DNA of 64,000 nt from Gemmatimonadales bacterium. Its GTDB lineage: Bacteria > Gemmatimonadota > Gemmatimonadetes > Gemmatimonadales > GWC2-71-9. Shown here one piece after another: positions 11,103 through 20,193 of this stretch; within the stretch, counting starts at the first letter, position 1; each line of letters begins with the position of its first letter. Made by a program: the position numbers and the translations under genes. The notes under the pieces were generated by a model. It was given only the letters and a program-made list of their open reading frames with translations, searched no databases and had not been told where the DNA came from. The stretch lies in NCBI GenBank assembly GCA_965249575.1, contig OZ252244.1, positions 1,216,001 to 1,280,000 on the forward strand, given 5' to 3'.

Positions 11103-12662
11103 TTACCGACCTCGTCTTCCGCCGCGCGAGCCGCGGCTTGGCGACGATCGACCGCCTGATGGACGTGCGGGACGAGCCGAACGGGCCCCATCTCTGCGGC
11201 CCCGGGGCGAGGAAGCCGACGGCCGGGTGACGCGGGCACGACCGGCACCACGCGCGGCGGAACCCCGTGCGGGACCCGCGCGTCCCCGAGTCGCTTCAGT
11301 GCCGCGCCGGGTCGCCGTTGGGCGGCCGGACGCAGTCGAGGGGGTGCCCGGACGGGCTGACCGGTTGCGCGGAACCGCTCGAGGTGACGAGCCGCCGTCC
11401 CGTCGCACCTGTGGAGCCGGCCGGGCCCGGCGACTCGGCGTGGCGCTCCGCGAGGGTCGCTCACGACTGGGACTTACCCGCGGGCGCGTGGTCTGACGGC
11501 TCGGGGCGGCCTCGCGCGCGGGGTAGGTCCTCCGGGTTTCCGTAGCGGACCGCTCCCTCGCCTGTGGCGCCGGCCGAATCGACCGTACCACGCCGCCACT
11601 TCGACTCGCGCGGCTGGCATCGGTCACGCTCGCCGATGATCGACGGGACGCGGTGACGCGCTTGCCCGCGGATGACGAGCGCGATGGCGCAACCGTTCGG
11701 CGCGACACCTGATTCGACGGGGCTCGGGACCGCAGGTCCGCGACCCTCCTGCCACCCCCCGGCGATTTGAACGTGTACGCACGATTCACAGCGCGCGCCC
11801 GCTCGACGTAGACGACGCGCGGGGCCCGATGGAACCCATAGTGCCGGTATACGGGAAGGTGGAACGCGGCATAGTGCGGCCGCCAGTAATAATGGTGCCC
11901 GTAGTAGTCGTAGTCGCCGTAGTAAATGGGATCCCAGTAGTACGGGTCCCAGCCCGCGTAACCATCCCAACGGTCGCCGTAGGAGGGATAGTAGCGCGAC
12001 CCGAAATTAACGTGGACGCTAAAGCGGGGCCGATAGAACCCGCGGTACCCATGCCGGTACGGATCGTAGTAGTGGTGATCGTAATAACCGCGACCTGAGA
12101 AGGTGTAGTGCCACAGCGACGGAGAATACGGGCGCGGCTTGCTCACACTATACCGAACCACATCGTAGTCGAACGAAACTCCCCCAGCCATTGCGTCGGC
12201 GAGGTATGTGAGATCCGTCTCGGGATCCGAGCCAACCTCCCATAGGTCGGTCTGGCCGTAATCCCAATGGGAGCCGCGGGCATAACTGTCGTAACGAAAC
12301 GGGTCACGGGAGAAAGCCGCGTAGACCGTTCCGACTCCGGACGACAGGTAGACCGTGAACGACTCGCGATCGCCACGCCCACGCAGCTCGTACTCCTGTC
12401 CCCCACGCACGAAATTGTCATCGAACGGATCGAGCGGAAACAACACTCGTACCCGTCCGTCGGGCTCGCTCCGGAAGACGGTGAGATATCCGTCGGCCGA
12501 GGCTCTGAAGTAGGCTCGCACCCGTTCGCCGGAGCGCAGATTCACGTGCTTGCTCAGGCGGAGATAGACCTGCTGCTGGGCCGGAGCCTCTGCCCGAGAT
12601 GTGGGTACCGCATCCGGGCTTGGGGCTGCCAGTAGCATCGAAGTCAGTAGCGCAGTCAGCAT
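11103..12662 (-). CDS. DUF4384-domain secreted protein with Tyr/His/Asp-rich middle and Arg/Ser-rich disordered tail
   Basis: GERVRAYFRASADGYLTVFRSEPDGRVRVLFPLDP; GGAGG RBS. Confidence 0.7.
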   Translation of the reverse strand: MLTALLTSMLLAAPSPDAVPTSRAEAPAQQQVYLRLSKHVNLRSGERVRAYFRASADGYLTVFRSEPDGRVRVLFPLDPFDDNFVRGGQEYELRGRGDRESFTVYLSSGVGTVYAAFSRDPFRYDSYARGSHWDYGQTDLWEVGSDPETDLTYLADAMAGGVSFDYDVVRYSVSKPRPYSPSLWHYTFSGRGYYDHHYYDPYRHGYRGFYRPRFSVHVNFGSRYYPSYGDRWDGYAGWDPYYWDPIYYGDYDYYGHHYYWRPHYAAFHLPVYRHYGFHRAPRVVYVERARAVNRAYTFKSPGGGRRVADLRSRAPSNQVSRRTVAPSRSSSAGKRVTASRRSSASVTDASRASRSGGVVRSIRPAPQARERSATETRRTYPAREAAPSRQTTRPRVSPSRERPSRSATPSRRARPAPQVRRDGGSSPRAVPRNRSARPGTPSTASGRPTATRRGTEATRGRAGPARGSAARGAGRARVTRPSASSPRGRRDGARSARPARPSGGRSSPSRGSRGGRRGR

Positions 12663-12696
12663 GGTACCTCCAAGTCTGTTACCACATTAAGGCAAC

Positions 12697-12741
12697 AGCC
12701 AGATGCATGCCACGAGTCGGGGAAACCGTAAAGCATTGTTA
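12697..12741 (-). promoter_or_regulatory. Putative sigma54 promoter with upstream IHF-like site
   Basis: Minus strand TGGCATGCATCTGGCT (GG-N10-GC, 12712-12697); TAACAATGCTTTA (12741-12729) is one mismatch from WATCAANNNNTTR. Confidence 0.55.
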
Positions 12742-12865
12742 TGAAACGGCTTGTGGCCATCGCAGACGCCCTAAAGACGCCTCGACCGTCCCCAAGTCGA
12801 GTCAGCCGGTGTGCCCGGTAGGCGTCACTCATTGCCTGTCTTCCGACGGCGGCCGCGGCCACGGA

Positions 12866-14320
12866 TCATCTCCCGGGACCTCGATCGGGCGCTGCCGCAA
12901 TGGGTGCCAGGGAGCGGGCCGTCTCGGTGATGCATTCCCAGGCTTCCTCAACGTGGCGAGGCTCGGTTTCCGTTTGGCCCACCACGAACCGCAGCACGTA
13001 CGCTCCTCGCCAGCGGGTGTGCGTCAAATACAGCTTGCCACTGTCGTTCAGCCGCTGGCGCAGTTCCTCGTTGACCGCATCGACGGCATCCCGATCACCG
13101 ATCGCTGGTGGCTTGAACCGGAAGCACACCATACTCAAGACCGGAGGGATCACGATCTCGAAGTCCGGCTCACTCGTAATGCGGCTGGCGAGCTCCTGCG
13201 CCATGGCGATGTGGGCTGCGATCTTCTCCCGCAACCCGTCGACCCCATAGCTCCTGATCACGAACCACAGCTTTAGGGCTCGGAAGCGGCGCCCGAGCTG
13301 AATTCCCCAGTCCCGATAGTTCGTCACGGTCGCGTCGTGGGTGGTTCTCAGGTACTCCGGCAGGACTTCGAACGTCCGTATGAGCGCGCCGGAATCGCGA
13401 ACGTAATACGCAGAACAGTCGAAGTTGGTGAAGAGCCACTTGTGAGGATTGAAGACAAGGCTGTCGGCGTGTTCGATACCGTTGATCAGCCACCGGAATT
13501 CAGGGATGACCAGAGCGCTCCCGGCCCAGGCGGCATCGACGTGGAGCCACACCCCGTGCTGGGAGCAGATCTTCCCCACGTCGGCGAGGGAATCGATGCC
13601 CCCCGTCCCCGAGGTGCCCACGCAGGCCGCCACGAACGTCGGTTTCTTGCCGGCCGCGAGGTCGGCCGTGATCGCACGGTTCAGCGCGTCCGGACGCATG
13701 GCGCCCGAGTCGTTCACTGGGATCAGCCGCAGGTTTTCCCGACCGAGCCCCGCAATCCGAACGTCCTTCACGATTGAAGAATGGGCTTCGGTGGAGCAGT
13801 ACGCGGTGAGCTGTCCGGCCCCGGACATCCCCACGTCGCTTACCGCATATCCTGAGACTCGCTCCCGCGCCGTAATGAGAGCGCACAGCGTCGCGGTTGA
13901 AGCGGTATCCTGGATACACCCGACGAAACCGTCCGGCAACCCGATCATCTGTCGGAGCCACTCGAGTACGCGCGTTTCTAGCTCGGTCGCCGCGGGTGAG
14001 GTCTCCCAGCTCATGCATTGTGCGCCGAGGGTCGCGGTCAGCATTTCAGCCAACACGGACGGCCGGCTGCTATTTGCTGGGAAAAACCCGAAGAAACGGG
14101 GATGCTGCCAATGAGTCACCCCAGGGAGGATGAGTGACTTGAAGTCCGCGATGATTCGGCCGATGGGCTCGCCGGCAGCGGGCGGCGAGGGAGGGAGTGC
14201 CGCTGCGACCTCACCGGGCCTCACCCGCGCTCTGACCGGCAGGTCCTCCACGTGATCCAGATAGTCGGCCATCCAGTCAACGAGCTGGTGGCCGACTCTC
14301 CTGAATTCATCCGAGTCCAT
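12866..14320 (-). CDS. PLP-dependent aromatic-L-amino-acid decarboxylase (group II)
   Basis: THWQHPRFFGFFP, SPAATELE, WLHVDAAWAG, FNPHKW (PLP Lys), LGRRFRALKLW. Confidence 0.93.
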   Translation of the reverse strand: MDSDEFRRVGHQLVDWMADYLDHVEDLPVRARVRPGEVAAALPPSPPAAGEPIGRIIADFKSLILPGVTHWQHPRFFGFFPANSSRPSVLAEMLTATLGAQCMSWETSPAATELETRVLEWLRQMIGLPDGFVGCIQDTASTATLCALITARERVSGYAVSDVGMSGAGQLTAYCSTEAHSSIVKDVRIAGLGRENLRLIPVNDSGAMRPDALNRAITADLAAGKKPTFVAACVGTSGTGGIDSLADVGKICSQHGVWLHVDAAWAGSALVIPEFRWLINGIEHADSLVFNPHKWLFTNFDCSAYYVRDSGALIRTFEVLPEYLRTTHDATVTNYRDWGIQLGRRFRALKLWFVIRSYGVDGLREKIAAHIAMAQELASRITSEPDFEIVIPPVLSMVCFRFKPPAIGDRDAVDAVNEELRQRLNDSGKLYLTHTRWRGAYVLRFVVGQTETEPRHVEEAWECITETARSLAPIAAAPDRGPGR

Positions 14321-14342
14321 CACCCAACCTACACCAGGGCAG

Positions 14343-15704
14343 TCAGCTCACCCGAGCCGGCGCCCCCTCGGGACCGTTGTCCCAGTCCTGCGCGCTGGAC
14401 ACGTTCGGCATGCCCCATTGATGACCGTTCCATCCGTCGAACCCGTCCATCTTGAACGCCCAGAAGCCCGTCTTGAAATCGCTCAGGACAATGAGACCAT
14501 CCGCGTTGCGGACATCCACGCCAAACGCGCCGTTCGTCACGCCGGTACCAGTCTCGGGATTGACCGCGCCGCCGTAGCCGTGCTGGTTGGGTCCGTCGTA
14601 TGTATCGTAGTAACCCACCGTGTAGGGGCTCGTCGGGTCCATCATGTTAAAGATCTGCAACCCGTCCTCGTAGTGGGATACGAACACGTAGGGCCAGCGG
14701 ACTTCATGATTGTGCGGCAGTCCCTGCCACCGCGCCGTCCAGGCTCCGATGGAGCGCGAGATCGCCCGCACCTCCCCTTCCAGACCCGGTTTGAGGTCGA
14801 AGATCCTCAGTGGCGCGTACTGGTACTCCGTTTCCGCCACCGCGTAGCGGCCGTCGGGTGTCGGGGTGAATGTGTGGCCGCGCGCCACACCGGCGGCGCC
14901 CGTAATGGACGTGATCAGCTTCGGCTCTTCCGGCCGCGTGACATCGTACACGTGATACCCGCCGTCTCCGGGCCCGTAGAACTTGTCCTGCCGGGTCGCC
15001 GGATCGTATGCCAAGTAGAAGTCATGGTACGCGTTGCGCGGGCGGGCCGACGGGGTGTCCGGCACGGGAACCCGACCAATGAATGCCCCTTGGCCATCGC
15101 CCCCTAGGAATCGCTCCATGTCGTAGATATTCGCCTGTCGCCCATTGGTCGTCGCGAACAGCAAGACGCGGCCGTCGGAGTGTTTGTAGGCAAAGATGTT
15201 GTGGAACCCGCCGGGGATCGAAGGCTCCCGGATCCGGCCGACTTCCCGGATGCCACTGGTATCGGGCAGGCTCGTCACATCGAGCACAACCGCGCCTACG
15301 TCGGCATCCGGTCCGCTCTGGCCGAACTGAAACGACTGTACGTCGTAGTAGCGGCCACGCAGCTTGAAGTACTTGTTATCCATCCCGCCATTGCCTTGAT
15401 GCAGCTCCGCGTTTTCGATCCGCCACGAATACAGAACTTTGGCCTTGCTCGGATCCCGTAGGTCGATGATGTCCGTGCCATGAACGAGCATGCGGGAAAC
15501 GTAGGAGTACGGTCTCGCCAACTCTTGCTCGATCTCGATGTCCGCCGTGCTAAACGCCCGGCCCAGTGGGATATGGGACCTGATCTTCACATTACGACTG
15601 CCCTGCATCCCCGGCTCGAACTCCGCACTGGGAGGAAATTGGGCAAGGGCTGGGGTCGCCAGTGAAATGCCCAACACTAACGTGAGAAATGATCGCCAAC
15701 GCAT
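14343..15704 (-). CDS. His-motif beta-propeller paralog 4 (subfamily A)
   Basis: ALAQ signal site; FHNIF, YHDFY, GHTFTPTPDGRY, PHNHEVRW; tail. Confidence 0.85.
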   Translation of the reverse strand: MRWRSFLTLVLGISLATPALAQFPPSAEFEPGMQGSRNVKIRSHIPLGRAFSTADIEIEQELARPYSYVSRMLVHGTDIIDLRDPSKAKVLYSWRIENAELHQGNGGMDNKYFKLRGRYYDVQSFQFGQSGPDADVGAVVLDVTSLPDTSGIREVGRIREPSIPGGFHNIFAYKHSDGRVLLFATTNGRQANIYDMERFLGGDGQGAFIGRVPVPDTPSARPRNAYHDFYLAYDPATRQDKFYGPGDGGYHVYDVTRPEEPKLITSITGAAGVARGHTFTPTPDGRYAVAETEYQYAPLRIFDLKPGLEGEVRAISRSIGAWTARWQGLPHNHEVRWPYVFVSHYEDGLQIFNMMDPTSPYTVGYYDTYDGPNQHGYGGAVNPETGTGVTNGAFGVDVRNADGLIVLSDFKTGFWAFKMDGFDGWNGHQWGMPNVSSAQDWDNGPEGAPARVS

Positions 15705-15951
15705 GCGGCCCTCCGTTACCTGAATTTGAAAAGAGATCGGAGGCGCCGGACTCCCGGGCCCCCCCGATTAGTTCGCGTTCGGTCTTCTCCCACCACTCAG
15801 AACCCTCAATGTGGCCCTCCGTTCACCCCGTAGCAATGGCACCTGCCGCGAGCCTCACGGTTCTCACATCCGCGATCACGACGTCAACCGCAAGCAATGA
15901 CTGAGACTCCTCGGCCATTGGGCACGGACGGAACCGGTTCCTGAGAGAGAC

Positions 15952-17136
15952 CTAGGGCGTCGCCTTCCCAGCGGAGAGCGGTAGCCCAAGCGCGGCCCGC
16001 CCTATGGCTCGTGCCAGCCGCGCGGGACCGCTCCGCTCGACGTTCGCCAGCACCGCCACCGTGAGGTCGTCTTCAGGGTAGTGCGTGAGGATGGTCGAGA
16101 ACCCGTTGATTCCTCCAGCGTGGGTAAGGACCCGACGGCCGTTGATCATCCGCACGCCGAGCCCGTACGCGTACCGGGTGCCTGATCCGTCACTGCGCGT
16201 GGACTCGGCCGTCATCCGCCTGCGCGATTCCTCGCTGATCAACACATCGTCATTTAGGGCCCGCTGCCACTTGAGCAGGTCGAGCACCGTGGAGCAAAGC
16301 GCCCCCGCGGCTCCAGGCACGTTCATGCTGATCGGGCCGTCATTGTACAGAATCCCATCCGAAAGCGCGTACCCTGCAGCGCGATGTGGAACGATCGTCC
16401 GCTCGTCACAATACGACGATCCCCTCATGCCCAGCGGCTGGAATACGTGCCGCTCGACGTAATCACGGTACGGCTCGCCCGTTGCCCGCTCGACGATGAC
16501 TCCGAGGAGGTAGTACCCCGAGTTGTTGTACTTCCATCGTTCACCGGGGGGAAAGTCGAACGGTTCATCCTCGAACATGTCGATCAGCTGCTCGTGGGAC
16601 AGGTCCAACCGCACCGCTCCGCCCCAGAAATCGGGTCCCAGCGTCGTGTAGCTCCTAATGCCGGAAGTATGGGTCAACAGGTGATGGACGGTGACGCGGT
16701 GTCCTTGCGTCGAGTAACCGGGCAGGAACTTGGTGATGGCATCGTCGAGGCTGACGAGGCCGCGCTCCCGCAACTGCAGAATGGCGAGCGCCGTGAACTG
16801 TTTCGTGATCGAGCCGATGCGAGACACGGTCTGAGCGGTCGCCGGCACATCGTTCTCGAGGTCGGCGTAGCCGTAGCCTTTCGCCACCAGCACGTCGTTC
16901 CCCTGCCCCACTCCGATCGAAAGACCGGCGAGAGGGCCGGCCGCGATCGCGGCCTCCGCCAGCGAGTCGACCAGCACTTCGAGGCGATTGTTCTCGACCG
17001 CACCTGACTGCGCCGGCAGTATGCCAGGAGCGAAGCATCCAAACGCGCCGAGCACTGCGATCGCCGACTCAATTACCTTGGCGCTCCCCCGTCCAACCAC
17101 AGACGGTGTGAAGGGCGGGATCGGCTTACTGATCAC
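15952..17136 (-). CDS. Serine hydrolase, beta-lactamase/PBP family (start uncertain)
   Basis: IGSITKQF (SxxK), LLTHTSG, YNNSGY, HAGGINGF. Confidence 0.9.
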   Translation of the reverse strand: MISKPIPPFTPSVVGRGSAKVIESAIAVLGAFGCFAPGILPAQSGAVENNRLEVLVDSLAEAAIAAGPLAGLSIGVGQGNDVLVAKGYGYADLENDVPATAQTVSRIGSITKQFTALAILQLRERGLVSLDDAITKFLPGYSTQGHRVTVHHLLTHTSGIRSYTTLGPDFWGGAVRLDLSHEQLIDMFEDEPFDFPPGERWKYNNSGYYLLGVIVERATGEPYRDYVERHVFQPLGMRGSSYCDERTIVPHRAAGYALSDGILYNDGPISMNVPGAAGALCSTVLDLLKWQRALNDDVLISEESRRRMTAESTRSDGSGTRYAYGLGVRMINGRRVLTHAGGINGFSTILTHYPEDDLTVAVLANVERSGPARLARAIGRAALGLPLSAGKATP

Positions 17137-17164
17137 TCTGACGGACCGAGAAGGGGAGGGCGTC

Positions 17165-18559
17165 TCACTGCTGTAGACTCATCCGCGCAGGGGCCGCTCC
17201 CTCGGGACCGTTGTCCCAGTCCTGCACGCTCGAGATGTTGGGCATGCCCCACTGATGGCCGTTCCACCCATCGAAGCCATCCATCTTCAACACCCAGAAC
17301 CCCGTTGCCTCGTCGCTGATGACGATCAGTCCGTCGGCGTTGCGGACATCCACACCGAACGCGCCGTTGGTTGTCGCGCTCGGAGGGGCGTGGACGTATG
17401 TAGGATCGAGCCAGCCGCGCTCCGCGTCGCCCCCAACCTTACCGCGCTGGTGGGGTCCTTCGTAGGTGTCGTAGTAGCCGACCGTATACGGGTTTGCCGG
17501 GTCCATCATGTTGAAAACGAACAGCCCATCCTCGTAAGCGGCGACAAAGACGTACGGCCAGCGAACCTCGTGGTTGTGCGGCAGACCCCGCCAGCGCGGA
17601 GTATAGGCGCCGATCGGCCGGGAGATCGTCTTGACTTCTCCCTCGAGCCCCGGTTTGAGGTCGAACATCCGGAGCGGCGCGTACTGGTACTCGGTCTCCG
17701 CCACCGCATACCGCCCGTCCGGGGAGGGCGTGAAAGTGTGGCCGCGCGACATCCCCGCAACTCCGGTTATCGAAGTCAGCAGCCGCGGATCGTCCGGCCG
17801 AGTCACGTCGAAGACGTAGTAGCCGCCGGCGCCTCCACCGTAGAACCGGTCCTGCCGCGTAGCCGGGTCGAAACCGACGTACATGTCGTGGTAGCTCAAG
17901 CGTGTCCCAGGGGTATCGGGGACGGGGATGCGGGACGCAAGCGGGTCCGGATCACCACTCACGAACCTGCCCATGTCGTACACGTTGGAGTGCGGCCCGG
18001 ACGTGGTCGTGAACAGGAGTACACGGTCATCGGAGTGCTTGTACGCGAAGATGTTGTGGAATCCTCCACCGGTGTCGGGCGCGCGAATGCGACCGACCTC
18101 CTCGATCTTTGACGTGTCGGGCAGTCCCGTCACGTCGAACACGACCGCGCCCAGATCGTGATCCGGCCTCCCCTGCCGGAACTGGCACGCCTGAATGTCG
18201 TAATACCGATCGCGCAACTTGAAGTACTTGTTATCGAGGCAACCGCCCCCGCCACCCGATGCGTGCAGCTCCGGGTCCTCGATTTGCCAATAGTAGAGGA
18301 GCTTCGCGTTGTTCGGATCAGCAACGCTGACGATGTTGAAACCGGAGCGGGGTACGGCGCCCTCGGTGCGCCCGACGTAAGCGAAGGGCCTCGAAAGCTC
18401 CTGCTCCAACTCGATGTCTCCCACGGTGAATATCCGGTCCAACGGAAGATGGGAGAGCACCTGCACGTTCGAGCTTCCCTGCTGGCCAGGAGGGTATTGG
18501 GCGGCAGCGGTAGCCAGCGGGACACCCAGACCGGTCAAAAAAAAGAAATGCCACCGCAT
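17165..18559 (-). CDS. His-motif beta-propeller paralog 5 (subfamily A)
   Basis: AAAQYPPG; four His motifs; tail. Confidence 0.85.
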   Translation of the reverse strand: MRWHFFFLTGLGVPLATAAAQYPPGQQGSSNVQVLSHLPLDRIFTVGDIELEQELSRPFAYVGRTEGAVPRSGFNIVSVADPNNAKLLYYWQIEDPELHASGGGGGCLDNKYFKLRDRYYDIQACQFRQGRPDHDLGAVVFDVTGLPDTSKIEEVGRIRAPDTGGGFHNIFAYKHSDDRVLLFTTTSGPHSNVYDMGRFVSGDPDPLASRIPVPDTPGTRLSYHDMYVGFDPATRQDRFYGGGAGGYYVFDVTRPDDPRLLTSITGVAGMSRGHTFTPSPDGRYAVAETEYQYAPLRMFDLKPGLEGEVKTISRPIGAYTPRWRGLPHNHEVRWPYVFVAAYEDGLFVFNMMDPANPYTVGYYDTYEGPHQRGKVGGDAERGWLDPTYVHAPPSATTNGAFGVDVRNADGLIVISDEATGFWVLKMDGFDGWNGHQWGMPNISSVQDWDNGPEGAAPARMSLQQ

Positions 18560-18583
18560 GTGGCCTCCTCACGGCAAGGGGGG

Positions 18584-18700
18584 GTAGTGAGTGGTGAGTG
18601 GTACGTGGCCGCCGGTGGCCACTCGGTCGACACCTTAGCAGTGCTGGCGACCATCCCACTCACCACTCACTACTCACTACTTACTAGTCACTCTTACCAC
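18584..18700. repeat. Heptamer-repeat hairpin (18-bp perfect inverted repeat)
   Basis: gtagtgagtggtgagtgg (18584-18601) / ccactcaccactcactac (18656-18673), followed by further cactact-like units. Confidence 0.7.
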
Positions 18701-20101
18701 TCACCTTGCCCGGCTCACCTGCGTCGGCTTCGGTGCCCCGTCGGGCCCATTGTCCCAGTCCTGCGCGGACGAGATGTTGGGCATGCCCCACTGGTGACCG
18801 TTCCAGCCGTCGAAGCCGTCCATCTTGAGTGTCCAGAAGCCCGAGTCAAAATCGCTCACCACGATGAGGCCGTCGGCGTTCCGGATATCGACCCCCCACG
18901 CACCCTCGTACATGCTGTTCCCGCGTCCCGTCGGGCCCATCTCGTAACCGGCGATCGCTTGGCCGCCGAGGTAGGGACCGGGCCGAGTTGAGTAGTAGGC
19001 TACCGTGTACGGATTCGTGGGATCCATCACGTTCACGATGTGGAGGCCGTCGCTCTGCCCGGAGACGAAGATGTACGGCCAGCGGACTTCGAAGTTGTGT
19101 ACTGCTCCTTGCCACGACGGCGTCCAAGCTCCAATGGGGCGCGAGATGGCTCGCGCGTCCCCGTCGAGGCCGGGCTTCAGGTCGAACATCCTCGTGGGTG
19201 AGTATTGATACGTCGGCAGCGGCATGACCATGGCGTATCGGCCGTCGGGAGTCGGCACGAACGTATGCGCGTCGGGCACACCAGCCGCCCCGGAAACGGA
19301 CGTGACGAGTTTCGGATCTTCCGGCCTGGTGATGTCGTAGACATGCGCCCCGCCCGCCCCTCCGCCGTAGAACTTGTCCTGGCGCGTCGCCGGGTCGTAG
19401 CCGACATAGAAGTCGTGGTATCCGTAATTCCCGCGCGCTTGGGGGTTCGGTGGAACCGGAACGCGGCCGATCAACCCGTGCGAGGGATCCCCGCTCAGGA
19501 AGCTCGCAAAATCATAGATATTGGCGTGTGGCCCGTTCGTCGTCGCGAACAAGAGCGGGCGGCCATCGGAGTGTTTGTACGCGTAGATATTGTGGAACCC
19601 GCCCGGGGTATCCGGGGCGCGGATACGCCCAACTTCCCTGACCGAGCTGGTGTCGGGTAGGCCCGTCACGTCAAACACAACCGCGCCGAGGTCGGTATTG
19701 GGCCCGCCCGCGCGGAACTGATAGGATGTGGCGATGTAGTAGCGCCCGCCGTGCTTGATGTATTTGACGTCCAGGCCCCCACCACCCTGGTGAAGGTCAG
19801 GGTTTTCGATGACCCACCGGTACAGGACCTTCGCCTCCCCCGGATCCTTGACACTGATGATCCAGAATCCCGCGTCACTCATGCGGTGCGCGACATAGGC
19901 ATACGGACGCGATAGATCTTGCTCGAGCTCGACGTCAGCGTGGCTGTAGGCCTTGCCCACCAAGGGCAGGTGCGAGAGAATCGTGATATTCGAGCTTCCC
20001 TCCTCACCGGGCTTGGCCCAAGGCGAGTACTCCTGCGCAACCGCGACCTGCGCTATGAGCGCCACAGCGGTCACAAAGCTGATCCCAAGTGTAAAGCGCA
20101 T
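18701..20101 (-). CDS. His-motif beta-propeller paralog 6 (subfamily B, MPLPTYQY)
   Basis: AVAQ signal site; FHNIY, YHDFY, AHTFVP, VHNFEVRW; tail. Confidence 0.85.
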   Translation of the reverse strand: MRFTLGISFVTAVALIAQVAVAQEYSPWAKPGEEGSSNITILSHLPLVGKAYSHADVELEQDLSRPYAYVAHRMSDAGFWIISVKDPGEAKVLYRWVIENPDLHQGGGGLDVKYIKHGGRYYIATSYQFRAGGPNTDLGAVVFDVTGLPDTSSVREVGRIRAPDTPGGFHNIYAYKHSDGRPLLFATTNGPHANIYDFASFLSGDPSHGLIGRVPVPPNPQARGNYGYHDFYVGYDPATRQDKFYGGGAGGAHVYDITRPEDPKLVTSVSGAAGVPDAHTFVPTPDGRYAMVMPLPTYQYSPTRMFDLKPGLDGDARAISRPIGAWTPSWQGAVHNFEVRWPYIFVSGQSDGLHIVNVMDPTNPYTVAYYSTRPGPYLGGQAIAGYEMGPTGRGNSMYEGAWGVDIRNADGLIVVSDFDSGFWTLKMDGFDGWNGHQWGMPNISSAQDWDNGPDGAPKPTQVSRAR

Positions 20102-20193
20102 TACTTGATCTCCAGGGCGTTGTGTGACGAACAATGGAACGTCGAGCCCGCTCCGCCCTCCGAGACTCGCATCCCGGACCTGATATCGGTGGA

